Shown here: positions 35,923 to 48,546 of the stretch, piece after piece
Position numbering within the stretch: the stretch's first letter is position 1
How the letters are laid out: every line of letters begins with the position of its first letter
The notes under the pieces: generated by a model
What the model was told of the DNA's origin: nothing
Databases searched by the model: none
What the model saw: the letters and a program-made list of their open reading frames with translations, nothing else
Translations under genes and position numbers: made by a program
Assembly: GCA_001817505.1 (NCBI GenBank)
Contig: MHIM01000034.1
Span: 51,005-115,004, forward strand
Origin: Candidatus Buchananbacteria bacterium RIFCSPLOWO2_01_FULL_39_33
GTDB taxonomy: Bacteria; Patescibacteriota; Patescibacteriia; 2-01-FULL-39-33
Length of the DNA stretch: 64,000 nucleotides
Direction: 5' to 3'

Positions 35923-36194
35923 TTTTTTTCTCCTTGTTTGTTTGGTTGATGTTGGTTTATTTTAGGTACAAATCGCCACTTTGGCTAACTTATATAAGTA
36001 TATCATATAACTTATAACTTGTCAATGATTTTTTCGTATTTAATTTAAATTAAGCCAAAATAAATTCTTTGAATATTATTGCGTTTTAAGGTATTATTAA
36101 ATAACAACTTTTTTAAATTAATCGGCAATCTTCAATCGGCAATCTTAAATCGTCGCCCCCTTGCTTATTATTATAAATACTATAAAATACTCCC

Positions 36195-37421
36195 ATGAGA
36201 CAATCAAAACTCTTCACTAAAACCCAAAAAAATCCACCCCAAGACGCTTTAAGCGCCTCCCATAAATATTTAACCCAAGGCGGGTTTATTGATATGCTAA
36301 TGGCCGGTGTTTATACTTATTTGCCTTTGGGCTATCGGGTGCTGAATAAAATTGCCGATATTATCCGAGCGGAAATGAATTCAGCCGGCGGTCAAGAGAT
36401 GCTGATGCCGACTTTGCAGCCCAAAAATATCTGGGAAGAAACCGGCCGCTGGGAAACTCTAAAAGAAGTGATGTATCAATTCCAAGACCGTTCTGGCAAG
36501 GAGACGGGTCTGGGCGCTACCCATGAGGAAGTGATTTATGACCTGATTAGGCGCAATGTCAGTTCTTACAAGGATTTGCCGCTTTCTCTTTATCAAATTC
36601 AGAATAAATTCCGAAACGAACTACGCGCCAAAGGCGGACTGATGCGGGGCCGAGAGTTTATGATGAAAGATTTATACAGTTTTCATTTGAGCCAGGAAGA
36701 TTTGGATGGTTATTATAACCAGATGATTGAGGCCTATAAAAAAGTTTATCAACGTTGCGGCTTAGAGGTTAAGGTGGTGGAGGCCTCGGGCGGCATTTTT
36801 ACCAAGAAATACTCTCACGAGTTTCAAGTGATAGCCGAAGCCGGCGAAGATAACATCATTTATTGTCCTAAGTGCGATTTTGGCCAGAATTCAGAAATTG
36901 CCAAATTAAAAGCCGGCGATGCTTGCCCCCAAGACGGCGAGAGTTTAAAAGCGGGCAAAAGCATTGAGGTGGGTAATATTTTCCAATTTGGCGATAAGTA
37001 TGCCAAAGATATGAATGGCTATGCCACCACTAAAGACGGTCAGAAGCAGCCGATACTAATGGCCAGTTATGGTATCGGCATTAGCCGTTTGGCGGCGGCT
37101 CTAGTAGAAGTTCATCATGATGAGAAGGGCATTATTTGGCCTAAAAGCGTGGCGCCGTTTGCGGCGCATTTGATTTCTTTGAATAAAAACGAAACGGCTG
37201 ACGAGGTTTATGAAATATTAATTAAGAAAGGTGCCGATGTTTTATATGACGACCGTGATATCTCGGCTGGTGAAAAATTTGCTGATGCCGATTTAATCGG
37301 CCTGCCTTACCGCTTAGTGGTCAGCTCAAAATCCGGCGATAAGATTGAGGTTAAGAAGAGAAGTAGCGATAAGAGCGAGTTGGTGGGTTTAAATGAAGTA
37401 TTAAAATTATTAAGTGAATAA
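36195..37421 (+). CDS. proS: Prolyl-tRNA synthetase, short form lacking the editing insertion.
   Basis: Class II aaRS motifs (motif 2 around FRNELRAKGGLMRGREFMMKD) and a C-terminal anticodon-binding domain. 408 aa. Confidence 0.8.
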   Translation: MRQSKLFTKTQKNPPQDALSASHKYLTQGGFIDMLMAGVYTYLPLGYRVLNKIADIIRAEMNSAGGQEMLMPTLQPKNIWEETGRWETLKEVMYQFQDRSGKETGLGATHEEVIYDLIRRNVSSYKDLPLSLYQIQNKFRNELRAKGGLMRGREFMMKDLYSFHLSQEDLDGYYNQMIEAYKKVYQRCGLEVKVVEASGGIFTKKYSHEFQVIAEAGEDNIIYCPKCDFGQNSEIAKLKAGDACPQDGESLKAGKSIEVGNIFQFGDKYAKDMNGYATTKDGQKQPILMASYGIGISRLAAALVEVHHDEKGIIWPKSVAPFAAHLISLNKNETADEVYEILIKKGADVLYDDRDISAGEKFADADLIGLPYRLVVSSKSGDKIEVKKRSSDKSELVGLNEVLKLLSE

Positions 37422-37520
37422 AATTTTGTAATTTTGAATTATGAATTTTGAATCAATTTTGAAATTCAAATTTTAAAATTAAAAATTCAATCGAAATTCA
37501 AAATTAAAAATTATAATATC

Positions 37521-38558
37521 ATGTTCAAAAAGTTTTTTGGCCAGTTCAATAAAGGCCTGGGCATTGATCTGGGCACCACCAAGACCATCGTCTATCAGCA
37601 GGATAGGGGGATTGTGGTCAGCGAATCATCAGTGGTGGCGGTCAATATCAGAACCGACCAGATTTTAGCGGTCGGCGATGAAGCCATGAAGATGGTGGGC
37701 AAGACCCCGCCGCATATCGTTGCCACCATTCCGTTGGATAATGGCATTATTTCTGATTTTGAAATAACCGAAAAAATGCTCAAATATTTTATGGACCGTG
37801 TGGCTGCCGGCCGAATTGCCCTAGCAGTTAAGCCCAAGGTGGTAGTGGGCATACCGCTGGATATTACAGAAGTTGAAAAAAAAGCGGTTGAAGATGCTGT
37901 CTTGTCAGCCGGTGCCAGCCAGGTATTTTTAGTGGAAAACATTATGGCGGCGGCCATTGGCGCCAGGATTCCCATTCAAGACCCTTCGGGCAATATGATT
38001 GTCAATTTAGGCGGCGGCCTGACAGAAATCGCTGTTATTTCGCTTGATGGCATCGTTAACTGGAAATCAAGCCGCGTTGCCGGCTTGACTTTGGACAAGG
38101 ATATTATCAGATTCGCCAGAGATGAATTCAATCTGGTTTTGGGTGAAATAGTGGCTGAAGATATCAAGAAAAAAATCGGCTCGGCCCTGGAATTAACTGA
38201 ACCTTTGACGATGCAGATGCGCGGCCGGGATATCATCTCCGGCTTGCCGAAAGAGTTTGATGTCAATGATTCCCAGATCCGCGTAGCTATCTTTAAATCC
38301 ATCCAGCATATTTTAGATACGATTAAAGCCACTTTAGAAACCACTCCGCCGGAATTGGTGGCTGATATTTATCAAAAAGGTATAATTTTAACCGGCGGTC
38401 TGGCTCTCTTGAAAAATTTTGACAAATTTATCGCTCAGGGAATTGAGATTCCCGTTCACGTGGCTGATGATCCCCAGACCTGCACTATCAGGGGTCTGGG
38501 TGTTACCATTGACGACGAACATCTGCTTAAAGACATTATTATTCCCTCATCGCAGTAA
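37521..38558 (+). CDS. mreB: Rod shape-determining protein MreB, paralog 2.
   Basis: GIDLGTTKT...ESSVVAV... actin fold. Followed by mreC/mreD-like genes. Confidence 0.9.
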   Translation: MFKKFFGQFNKGLGIDLGTTKTIVYQQDRGIVVSESSVVAVNIRTDQILAVGDEAMKMVGKTPPHIVATIPLDNGIISDFEITEKMLKYFMDRVAAGRIALAVKPKVVVGIPLDITEVEKKAVEDAVLSAGASQVFLVENIMAAAIGARIPIQDPSGNMIVNLGGGLTEIAVISLDGIVNWKSSRVAGLTLDKDIIRFARDEFNLVLGEIVAEDIKKKIGSALELTEPLTMQMRGRDIISGLPKEFDVNDSQIRVAIFKSIQHILDTIKATLETTPPELVADIYQKGIILTGGLALLKNFDKFIAQGIEIPVHVADDPQTCTIRGLGVTIDDEHLLKDIIIPSSQ

Positions 38559-38743
38559 ATGAATATTGGCTATTAGATATTAAATATTTAAATTAAATAA
38601 ATCTTAAATATCTGATATCGAAATCTTAAACAAATCCTAATAACTAAATTCCAAAAATTTTAGAATTTATAATTTATAATTTATTTCGGGTTTGAAATTT
38701 CGGATTTATAATTTATATTATTGTTTTCATATTTTTAAATTAG

Positions 38744-39538
38744 ATGGATAATTTTTTCAAATTAGCGTTGTTAGGTTTAATGATTATTTTTTTAATAATC
38801 GCGCTCCATTATATTAATTGGCTTAAGCCGGTTGAAAATGCCTTAATCAAGGTCTTAGGTCCAGGACAGGAAAAGATTTATTCTTTGGTTTTAGATATTA
38901 AAGATTTTCGAACCCGCTGGCTGATTAAAAGGGATTGGCTTCAAGAAAATGAGGAATTGAGAAAAAAATTTGAGGAATTACGCATTGATCAGTCCAGTCT
39001 TAATAGTTTAAAAAGCGAAAATGATCTTTTAAAACAGGAACTAAACTTTACCCAAGAACGGGAAATTAAGACCGTTACGGCCAAAATAATTACCGGTGTT
39101 TCCGATTCTTTATCTAAGTCGGTGATAATAAATAAAGGTTTTAATGACCAAGTAGAAGATGGTTTGGCGGTGGTAGCCGGCCCGGGAGTGATGGTTGGCA
39201 AGATTTATGATGTTTATGCCGACCATAGCAAGGTTTTGCTTTTAACCGATAACCAAAGCCGGGTGGCGGCCACTATTCAGAATTTAAATAAAACCACTGG
39301 TTTGGTAGAAGGCCAATTCGGCCTAAGTTTTGCCATGACCAATATTCCCCAAGACCAGGAAGTTAAAAACGGCGACTTAATAGTTACTTCCGGTTTGGAG
39401 GGAAAAATACCCAAGGACCTTTTGATTGCCCAAGTTGAAAGCGTCAATGAAGTGGAAAGCGAGATTTTTAAAACCGCGCTTTTAACTCCGATCATCCCTT
39501 TTGATAATTTAAGCTACGTTTTAGTCATCTTGAGATGA
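38744..39538 (+). CDS. mreC: Rod shape-determining protein MreC.
   Basis: N-terminal TM, coiled-coil segment, C-terminal beta-rich domain. Position immediately after mreB. Confidence 0.6.
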   Translation: MDNFFKLALLGLMIIFLIIALHYINWLKPVENALIKVLGPGQEKIYSLVLDIKDFRTRWLIKRDWLQENEELRKKFEELRIDQSSLNSLKSENDLLKQELNFTQEREIKTVTAKIITGVSDSLSKSVIINKGFNDQVEDGLAVVAGPGVMVGKIYDVYADHSKVLLLTDNQSRVAATIQNLNKTTGLVEGQFGLSFAMTNIPQDQEVKNGDLIVTSGLEGKIPKDLLIAQVESVNEVESEIFKTALLTPIIPFDNLSYVLVILR

Positions 39539-39559
39539 TTATTCTAACTGCCCAATCGC

Positions 39560-40081
39560 ATGTGGTATAAAATATTATTGTCAATAATTGCCATTATAAC
39601 TTTGATTATAATTCAAGTCACTTTCTTAGGAAGTTTTAGCGCCTACTGGAGCAATTTTAATTTGGCTTTGGCAATTTTGGTGATTTTGCTATTTTTTCTT
39701 GATTTCCCGATGATCATGTTTTTTGCCGTCACCGCTGGCTTTATGCTGGACCTTTACTCGGCCCTGCCTTTTGGCATATTTATGCTTTCGGTTTTTACCG
39801 CCGCTTTAACAGCTGAATTTCTGCTTTTTAATTTTTTTACCAACCGTTCTTTTTATTCCGTTGTTTTTTTAGGTCTGGCAGCCGTGCTGGCTTTTAATGC
39901 CGCTTTTTTAACTCTTAGCGGCTTAACTTATTTATTCAATCTTAGTGATTTTTACTTAGATAGCAGTTATTGGCGGCAGCTGATTTATCAACTGATAAAC
40001 ACTTGGCTGATTTTAATTGTTTTATTTTTGCCGATCAATAAATTGTCCAGGAAATTTAAACCGAATTTTATCAGTTCATGA
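39560..40081 (+). CDS. mreD: Rod shape-determining protein MreD (polytopic membrane protein).
   Basis: Five hydrophobic helices. Position between mreC and PBP2. Confidence 0.5.
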   Translation: MWYKILLSIIAIITLIIIQVTFLGSFSAYWSNFNLALAILVILLFFLDFPMIMFFAVTAGFMLDLYSALPFGIFMLSVFTAALTAEFLLFNFFTNRSFYSVVFLGLAAVLAFNAAFLTLSGLTYLFNLSDFYLDSSYWRQLIYQLINTWLILIVLFLPINKLSRKFKPNFISS

Positions 40082-41985
40082 GAAAAAATAAAGATTTTTT
40101 TATCGTTGAAGATATAAATATTGGCCGTAAAAATTCTTTGGGCTGGGTTGAAGACAGCTTTATTTCGGAATTCGGTAAAGCCGGCGGCAGCCGAGCCCAG
40201 TTTTTAGGGCTCTCACTGACCGAAAAAAAACTGAAAATGTTTTTTATTCTTTTAATCATCGGTCTGACTGTTCTTTTAGGAAAAAGTTTTTATCTCCAGA
40301 TTATCTCCGGCCGTCATTATTTTGCCCTAGCGGAAGAAAATAGAATCAGGACCAAATATGTCAAGGCCCAAAGAGGAGTGTTTTATGATAATAGCGGAGA
40401 GGTCTTAGTGCGCAACGTTTCCGGCTTTTCGCTTTTTCTGACACCGGCTGATTTGCCCAGGGATCAAGTTAAAAGAGAAGCGGTCATCCGAGAAATTTCT
40501 TCAATTATTGGCTTGTCTTTTCAGGTAATAACGGATAAAATCAGCGACTACCGATATTACTTTCAGCCAATGGTCATTAAAACCGGCATTGATTATGAAA
40601 AAGCTATGGCTCTTAAAATCGTCAGTACCAATTGGCCGGGAGTTTCTCTGGAAGTTGATACTTGGCGGCAATATTTAGCCGGCCAAAGTTTTTCCAATCT
40701 TTTGGGCTATGTCGGCAAAATCAGCCCCGAGGAATACCAGGCTAAAGGCGGCAGTTACCTGTTAACTGACAACATAGGCAAAACCGGCTTGGAGAAATCC
40801 TATGAGGATCTGTTGCGCGGAGAGCAGGGCAAAAAACTCGTGGAGGTTGACGCTTTGGGCCAAGAAAAAAAGGTAGTATCGCAAACTGATTTTATACCCG
40901 GACAAGATTTGATTTTATCAATTAACGCTGATCTGCAAAGGAAGATTTATGAAATACTGGCTGGTAAACTAAAGAACCAAAAAACCGCTGCGGTGGTAGT
41001 TTCCAATCCGCAGAATGGGGAGATTTTAGCGCTGGTTGATTATCCCGGTTATGATAACAATCTTTTTACTACCGGTATTAGTTTGGAAAAATATCGGGAG
41101 TTGATTGAAGATAAGCGCCAGCCGCTTTTTATGCGTTCTATCGCCGGCGAATATCCTTCAGGTTCAACGATTAAAATCGTTATTGCCGCCGCCGCTTTAG
41201 AAGAGGGCATTGTCAATAAAAATACCATCATTAATAGTGTTGGCGGCCTACAGATCAATCAATGGTTTTTTCCGGATTGGAAGATTGGCGGCCATGGCGC
41301 TACCAATCTAATCAAAGCCATTGCCCAGTCGGTCAATACCTATTTTTACTACGTTGGCGGCGGTTATAACGATTTCCAAGGTTTGGGGGTGGACTTACTG
41401 GCTAAGTATATGCGCCTTTTCGGTTTAGGTGTCAAGCTGGGCATTGATTTACCCGGGGAAGAAGACGGGTTTGTTCCAACTAAGGAATGGAAGGAAAAAA
41501 CTAAGAATGAATTGTGGTATATCGGCGATACTTATCACTTGTCAATCGGCCAGGGCGATTTGCTGGTGACTCCATTGCAAGTCAATGCTTACACTGCGGC
41601 TCTAGCCAATGGCGGGACGCTTTATAAGCCGTATCTGGTCAAGGAGATAATCCACAGTGATGGCAAAAGAGAAGTAATTATGCCCCAAACCATCAGAAAA
41701 GATTTCATTGCTTCTGAAAATATTGGCCTGGTCCGTGAAGCCATGAGAGAAACTGTTGTCTCTGGTTCGGCCAGAGGTCTGAATTATTTGCCGGTGAAAA
41801 TAGCTGGTAAAACAGGCACTGCCCAGTGGAGCAGTAGCCAAAACAATCATGCTTGGTTTACGGCTTTTGCCCCTTATAACAATCCTGATTTTGCTATTAC
41901 GGTTTTAGTTGAGGAGGGAGGCGAAGGCAGCAGCATCGCCGCTCCCCTGGCTGGTGAAATAATCAGTTATTGGTTTAGCCGATAA
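40078..41985 (+). CDS. mrdA: Penicillin-binding protein 2 (elongasome transpeptidase).
   Basis: SxxK (SGSTIK), SxN (SVN) and KTG (KTGTA) motifs. N-terminal TM. Start overlaps the mreD stop. Confidence 0.85.
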   Translation: MRKNKDFFIVEDINIGRKNSLGWVEDSFISEFGKAGGSRAQFLGLSLTEKKLKMFFILLIIGLTVLLGKSFYLQIISGRHYFALAEENRIRTKYVKAQRGVFYDNSGEVLVRNVSGFSLFLTPADLPRDQVKREAVIREISSIIGLSFQVITDKISDYRYYFQPMVIKTGIDYEKAMALKIVSTNWPGVSLEVDTWRQYLAGQSFSNLLGYVGKISPEEYQAKGGSYLLTDNIGKTGLEKSYEDLLRGEQGKKLVEVDALGQEKKVVSQTDFIPGQDLILSINADLQRKIYEILAGKLKNQKTAAVVVSNPQNGEILALVDYPGYDNNLFTTGISLEKYRELIEDKRQPLFMRSIAGEYPSGSTIKIVIAAAALEEGIVNKNTIINSVGGLQINQWFFPDWKIGGHGATNLIKAIAQSVNTYFYYVGGGYNDFQGLGVDLLAKYMRLFGLGVKLGIDLPGEEDGFVPTKEWKEKTKNELWYIGDTYHLSIGQGDLLVTPLQVNAYTAALANGGTLYKPYLVKEIIHSDGKREVIMPQTIRKDFIASENIGLVREAMRETVVSGSARGLNYLPVKIAGKTGTAQWSSSQNNHAWFTAFAPYNNPDFAITVLVEEGGEGSSIAAPLAGEIISYWFSR

Positions 41986-41992
41986 TGACGGG

Positions 41993-42021
41993 TTGACATA
42001 AATTTTCCCAACCTCTATACT
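41993..42021 (+). promoter_or_regulatory. Sigma70-like promoter upstream of greA: TTGACA, 17 bp, TATACT.
   Basis: Consensus -35 hexamer and a near-consensus -10 with a 17-bp spacer, 45 bp upstream of the start codon. Confidence 0.55.
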
Positions 42022-42066
42022 GTAAATTATATTGATTTTAGAAATTCACTATAACCAAAACAAAAA

Positions 42067-42528
42067 ATGAAAGAAAATTATATTTCCAAAGAAGGCCTGA
42101 AAAAATTACAGGAGGAATTGGAAGAGTTGAAAAATATCAAAAGACCGCTGACGGTTGAAAAAATTACTCGAGCCAGAGATCAGGGCGATCTCTCGGAAAA
42201 TGCCGAATACCATGAAGCCAGAGAAGAACAAAGCTTTATTGAAGGTAAAATCCAGGAATTGGAATATTTAATCAAAAATTCCATTGTTATAAAAAGCGAT
42301 AAGAAATCCGAAATTATCGGGCTGGGCTCAACAGTTCACGCCACTTGTGATAATGGGACTAAATTGAAATACACTATTGTCGGTCCAACTGAAGCTGATC
42401 CTGCCCAGGGTAAGATTTCCCATGAATCGCCGTTAGGCCGGGCTTTTATCGGCAAATCAGTCGGTCATGAATTTGAATTAGTTATACCGGCTGGCAAGCT
42501 AAAATGCAAGATTGATAAGGTTGAATAA
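42067..42528 (+). CDS. greA: Transcription elongation factor GreA.
   Basis: 153 aa with an N-terminal coiled coil and a C-terminal FKBP-like domain. Typical GreA sequence. Confidence 0.9.
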   Translation: MKENYISKEGLKKLQEELEELKNIKRPLTVEKITRARDQGDLSENAEYHEAREEQSFIEGKIQELEYLIKNSIVIKSDKKSEIIGLGSTVHATCDNGTKLKYTIVGPTEADPAQGKISHESPLGRAFIGKSVGHEFELVIPAGKLKCKIDKVE

Positions 42529-42555
42529 GGCCGCGTCTGGTTTTAGTCAATTAAA

Positions 42556-42587
42556 AACACCCCGAAATATCAACGGGGAGTTTTTTA
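42556..42587. terminator. Hairpin CCCCG-AAATATCAA-CGGGG plus T-run between greA (+) and gyrB (-).
   Basis: Seen in the sequence. Confidence 0.5.
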
Positions 42588-42600
42588 TTCCAATGGAGAA

Positions 42601-44697
<2,097 letters not shown>

Positions 44698-44784
44698 TCA
44701 TTTTACCATATTTTAAGACCGATAGCAAATTTAAAAAACGCTTTTCTGGTGTTATAAAACTGAGATTTATGATATAATCAAAAT

Positions 44785-45636
44785 ATGCTAAAAGATCAAA
44801 CGCAAAATTTTACCGATCAAGAATTAAAATTCAGTTATTGGTATATCACTCATAAGTTGTTGCTCCGGAGGATATTTATAATTTTCTTAATAGCCACCGG
44901 TTTTTTAATCTGGTTTTTTGTAATTTGGCAATTGGCTTTTTGGGGCGCTTATTTCCAACTTGAGCAATACCAGATAAAAAAGCTGATTTTTAACGACAAT
45001 CCCGGTTTGACGGCTATTGATTCAGCCAGACCCCGGCCATTACAGATAAGCGATCCCCTTGCTTTGGCAGGTGAAAATGATCGCCGTGATTATTTAGCCG
45101 AAGTTACTAATGGCAATGATAGTTGGCTGGCGGTTTTTGATTATACTTTTGATGGCGGCGGCAGCCAAACCCGATCTAAACAGGGCTTTATTTTGCCAAC
45201 GGAGAAAAAATTTCTAGTTAGCTTAGGAGCTGAAGGCAATGTTTCAACTTTAAAAATTTCCAATGTCAGCTGGCAGCGATTAGTTAAGGCCCAAGCCGTT
45301 TATGAAGATCGCTACCGGTTTAAAATAGAAAATGACAAGTTTTTAGCCAGTCAGCAAGCCGGCGAACCCAGCCAGCTGGTTTTTGACATCACCAATAGTT
45401 CGCCTTTCAGTTATTGGCAAGTTGGAGTACAGATGTTTCTTTATAGCGGCGGCAATATTGTTTCAGCTGATTATTTAGTTTTAGAACAGCTAAAATCAGG
45501 CGAAAAACGGTTGGTGGCTTTTAATTGGAGCGGTAAGTTACCCAGGCTAAGTAAGATTGAAATTATTCCCGAAGTCAATGTTTTTGATGAAAGCAATATT
45601 ATGCCCCAGACGGTTGAGCCCCAAGCTTCCCAATAA
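44785..45636 (+). CDS. Hypothetical membrane-anchored protein of 283 aa.
   Basis: An N-terminal TM pair. No recognised domain. Confidence 0.45.
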   Translation: MLKDQTQNFTDQELKFSYWYITHKLLLRRIFIIFLIATGFLIWFFVIWQLAFWGAYFQLEQYQIKKLIFNDNPGLTAIDSARPRPLQISDPLALAGENDRRDYLAEVTNGNDSWLAVFDYTFDGGGSQTRSKQGFILPTEKKFLVSLGAEGNVSTLKISNVSWQRLVKAQAVYEDRYRFKIENDKFLASQQAGEPSQLVFDITNSSPFSYWQVGVQMFLYSGGNIVSADYLVLEQLKSGEKRLVAFNWSGKLPRLSKIEIIPEVNVFDESNIMPQTVEPQASQ

Positions 45637-45660
45637 AATAACCAGTCATTTATAACTAAT

Positions 45661-46518
45661 ATGAAAAATGTTTTTTCTTCAAGTTGGCTGGTAATCTTAA
45701 TGGTTGTTTTTTTATTATTGTTTGTTTATTGGCAATTCGGGCCGAATTTTTGGCCGCTAATTAGAATAAGCGACCAGGCCCAGTTAGCCCCCAACTGGAG
45801 CCGGCCGATAAGAGTCGGCTTAAATACCAGCAATTGGGAAGGCGGGGCTTACATCTCCAGCGATGGCACTGCTCTTTATTATGCTTATTATCCTGGTGAT
45901 TTAGAGCGGGAAGCACGCTTAGGCCGATTGCCGAGCGATATTGATGTTTATTACAGCTTAAAGCCATTTGCTAAAGCCAAAAAACATCCTCTTTCAGAAG
46001 ATGCCTGGTCGGAAGGCGGAGTCATGCTGGCGGGCAGTGATATTTATTACATGTCTGATCGTTATAGTCCGGGGACGGAAAATTTATACAAAAATGGCAA
46101 ATTAATTGCTATTGGTAATTTCACTGAGTCCCAAAAAAATCCGCATTACTGCGCTTTAAAAGCTGAGCTTTATTTTGAAATGGCTGGCATTATTTATATC
46201 TATAAAGCTGGCTTGGTTAAGAATTTGACCTGGCCGATAAATGATGGCAACCAAAATATCCAGCCGTTTTTAACTCCCGATTGCCAAAAAATGTATTTTT
46301 CTTCCAATCGGGGCAATGGTGTCTTCAAGATACTTGAGTCCGAAAGGATTAATGAGGATTCTTGGAGTCAACCAAAAGTCGTTGTGGCTAGCCAGCATGG
46401 AGTCGGGGAGCCAACCTTAACTGATGACGGTAGGACTCTGTTCTTTGTCCAAACTTTTAAGTCACTTAGGGGTAATATGAATTCTGATATATTTTATATT
46501 AATGAAGACAAAAAGTAG
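45661..46518 (+). CDS. Secreted protein with PD40/TolB-like beta-propeller repeats.
   Basis: Signal-anchor, then repeats of the type LTPDCQKMYFSSNRGNG and PTLTDDGRTLFFV. Confidence 0.5.
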   Translation: MKNVFSSSWLVILMVVFLLLFVYWQFGPNFWPLIRISDQAQLAPNWSRPIRVGLNTSNWEGGAYISSDGTALYYAYYPGDLEREARLGRLPSDIDVYYSLKPFAKAKKHPLSEDAWSEGGVMLAGSDIYYMSDRYSPGTENLYKNGKLIAIGNFTESQKNPHYCALKAELYFEMAGIIYIYKAGLVKNLTWPINDGNQNIQPFLTPDCQKMYFSSNRGNGVFKILESERINEDSWSQPKVVVASQHGVGEPTLTDDGRTLFFVQTFKSLRGNMNSDIFYINEDKK

Positions 46519-46565
46519 TTAGCCATAATTTAAAACAGCCTATTATCGGGCTGTTTTTATCACTC

Positions 46566-46594
46566 TTGACATCTTTTTAAAAAGACCTTATATT
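46566..46594 (+). promoter_or_regulatory. Sigma70-like promoter of the hrcA operon: TTGACA, 17 bp, TATATT.
   Basis: Consensus hexamers immediately upstream of the CIRCE element. Confidence 0.6.
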
Positions 46595-46598
46595 GTAA

Positions 46599-46625
46599 TT
46601 AGCACTCTGCCTTATTGAGTGCTAA
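46599..46625 (+). promoter_or_regulatory. CIRCE operator (HrcA binding site), TTAGCACTC-N9-GAGTGCTAA.
   Basis: Perfect match to the 9-N9-9 CIRCE consensus directly upstream of hrcA. Confidence 0.9.
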
Positions 46626-46666
46626 TAGTTAAGGCAGAGAATATAATTTCCCTCGGTGTTTTATTT

Positions 46667-47359
46667 ATGGATTCACTTGATAGAAGAAATAATTTATTGA
46701 AAATAATAGTGGAAGAATACGCCAGATCGGCTCTGCCAGTCAGCTCGGGTTTTATCGTGGAAAAGTATTTTAAAAACTTGAGCTCGGCAACCATCAGAAA
46801 TGATATGGCTGAATTGGAAGCCAGCGGCTTAATTTGCCAACCCCATATTTCAGCCGGCCGGATTCCGACCATTGAGGGTTATAAGGAATACCTGGCTATC
46901 TTTGTTGACAATGGCGAAATCACCAAGGCAGAAAGGGCCGCTTTGGATAAGATAGCGGCCTTTGATTTAAGGCAAAAAATCAAAGAAGTCGCCAAAGTGG
47001 TGGCGGACTTGGCCAATAATGCTGTCTTTGTCGGTTTTGGGAAAGACGATTATTTTTATACCGGTTTGGCTAATCTTTTCCGCCAGCCGGAGTTTAGGGA
47101 AAGCGCCTATCTTTATGATATGTCGGAAATCATTGATCATTTGGGCGAAGGCCTAACTAAAATTAATGGCAGTTTAGAATCGGATCAGGTAAAAATTTTA
47201 GTTGGTTCAGATAATCCTTTCGGGGAATTTTCCTCGGTTATTATTGCCCGGTATGGCCACCACCGAGCTGGTTTAATTGGCTTATTGGGTCCCAATCGTC
47301 TGGATTATAAGCAGGGTCTGGGTTTGATCAGTTATGCTCAAGGACTTTTAATTAATTAA
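46667..47359 (+). CDS. hrcA: Heat-inducible transcription repressor HrcA. The start is the internal ATG downstream of CIRCE. The track ORF begins at 46619, which falls inside the operator.
   Basis: N-terminal winged-helix LLKIIVEEY... and operon position CIRCE-hrcA-grpE. Confidence 0.8.
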   Translation: MDSLDRRNNLLKIIVEEYARSALPVSSGFIVEKYFKNLSSATIRNDMAELEASGLICQPHISAGRIPTIEGYKEYLAIFVDNGEITKAERAALDKIAAFDLRQKIKEVAKVVADLANNAVFVGFGKDDYFYTGLANLFRQPEFRESAYLYDMSEIIDHLGEGLTKINGSLESDQVKILVGSDNPFGEFSSVIIARYGHHRAGLIGLLGPNRLDYKQGLGLISYAQGLLIN

Positions 47360-47372
47360 TAGTTAGAATTAA

Positions 47373-47867
47373 ATGGGTCAAGAAGAAAAAAATTTGCCGG
47401 CCGAAATGGAAAAATTGCAACTGAAGCTTTTAGAAACCGAAAAACAAGCGCAAGAAAATTTAGCCGGCTGGCAAAGAGCCCAAGCCGATTATGCTAACTT
47501 CAAAAGAGAAACCGACCAGCGCCAAAAAGATTTATTTGAATTCGCCAATGCCGCTTTTATGACCGAGTTCTTGCCGATTTACAGCCATTTCAAACTGGCT
47601 TTAGAGCATATGCCCGAGGGCCAAAGAAAAATTGACTGGGTAATCGGTATCAGGCATATCAAAAAGCAATTCCAGGATTGGCTGAAAAAATATAAAATTG
47701 AGGAAATTAAGACCATTGGCGAATTATTTAACCATAACTTGCATGAAGCGGTAACCCATGAAGAGCAAGCGGGTTATAAAAGCGAAACAATTTTTGCCGA
47801 AGTCCAGCCCGGTTATACTTTAAACGGCAAGGTTTTAATGCCAGCCAAGGTTAAAGTGGCTAAGTAA
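47373..47867 (+). CDS. grpE: Nucleotide exchange factor GrpE.
   Basis: Coiled-coil N-terminus and a C-terminal beta domain. Position between hrcA and dnaK. Confidence 0.85.
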   Translation: MGQEEKNLPAEMEKLQLKLLETEKQAQENLAGWQRAQADYANFKRETDQRQKDLFEFANAAFMTEFLPIYSHFKLALEHMPEGQRKIDWVIGIRHIKKQFQDWLKKYKIEEIKTIGELFNHNLHEAVTHEEQAGYKSETIFAEVQPGYTLNGKVLMPAKVKVAK

Positions 47868-48014
47868 ATTTTGAATCAAGAATTAAAAATTCCTGCCTGC
47901 CGACAGGCAGGTTGAATCAATTTTGAAATCAGTAATTATAAATTAGAAATTTATTAAAATTTATTAATTTCACCCCATCTTTTTGGAGGATGAGGTGAGG
48001 AAGGAGAAAAAAAT

Positions 48015-48437
48015 ATGAGTTTAATTAGATGGACTCCATTTTTGGAACCGTTGGTTGGCGATGAGTTTGACAAATTTTTTGATTGGCCAACAGCTAATCT
48101 GACAGCCAGTTTTTCACCGGCGGTTGATATTTATCAAGATGACGACCAAGTGGTGGTTGAGACGCCTATGACCGGCATTGATCCGGAAAAAGTGGATATT
48201 AATGTCAAAAACGACATTTTAACCATCAAAGGCGAAAGCGAAAAGAAATCCGAGGTTGAGGACAAGGATTATTATCGCCAAGAAATCAGGCGCGGCAGTT
48301 TTTATCGCTCGGTGCAATTGCCGGCTCAGGTGGTTGGTGAGAAAGCCAGCGCTGAATACAAAAATGGCATTTTAAAGATAACTTTGCCCAAAGCGCCGGA
48401 GTCAAAAACCAAGAGCATTAAAGTTGAGGTTAAATAA
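48015..48437 (+). CDS. Hsp20/alpha-crystallin family small heat-shock protein.
   Basis: Alpha-crystallin domain with the conserved G.L.I..P motif (GILKITLPK). Confidence 0.85.
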   Translation: MSLIRWTPFLEPLVGDEFDKFFDWPTANLTASFSPAVDIYQDDDQVVVETPMTGIDPEKVDINVKNDILTIKGESEKKSEVEDKDYYRQEIRRGSFYRSVQLPAQVVGEKASAEYKNGILKITLPKAPESKTKSIKVEVK

Positions 48438-48546
48438 AATCGGCCAGACGTCCGTTTAATAACGGACGCTTCCGGGCCAGGCTATTAATATTTTAGTATT
48501 TTGGCCCAGGAGAAAATTTTTAAAATAAATAAATAATAAAATAAGT

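Noticed and set aside
46619-46666. The track ORF start at 46619 for hrcA.
   Set aside because: It would place the start codon inside the CIRCE operator. The internal ATG at 46667 (MDSLDRRNNLLKII) gives a normal HrcA N-terminus.
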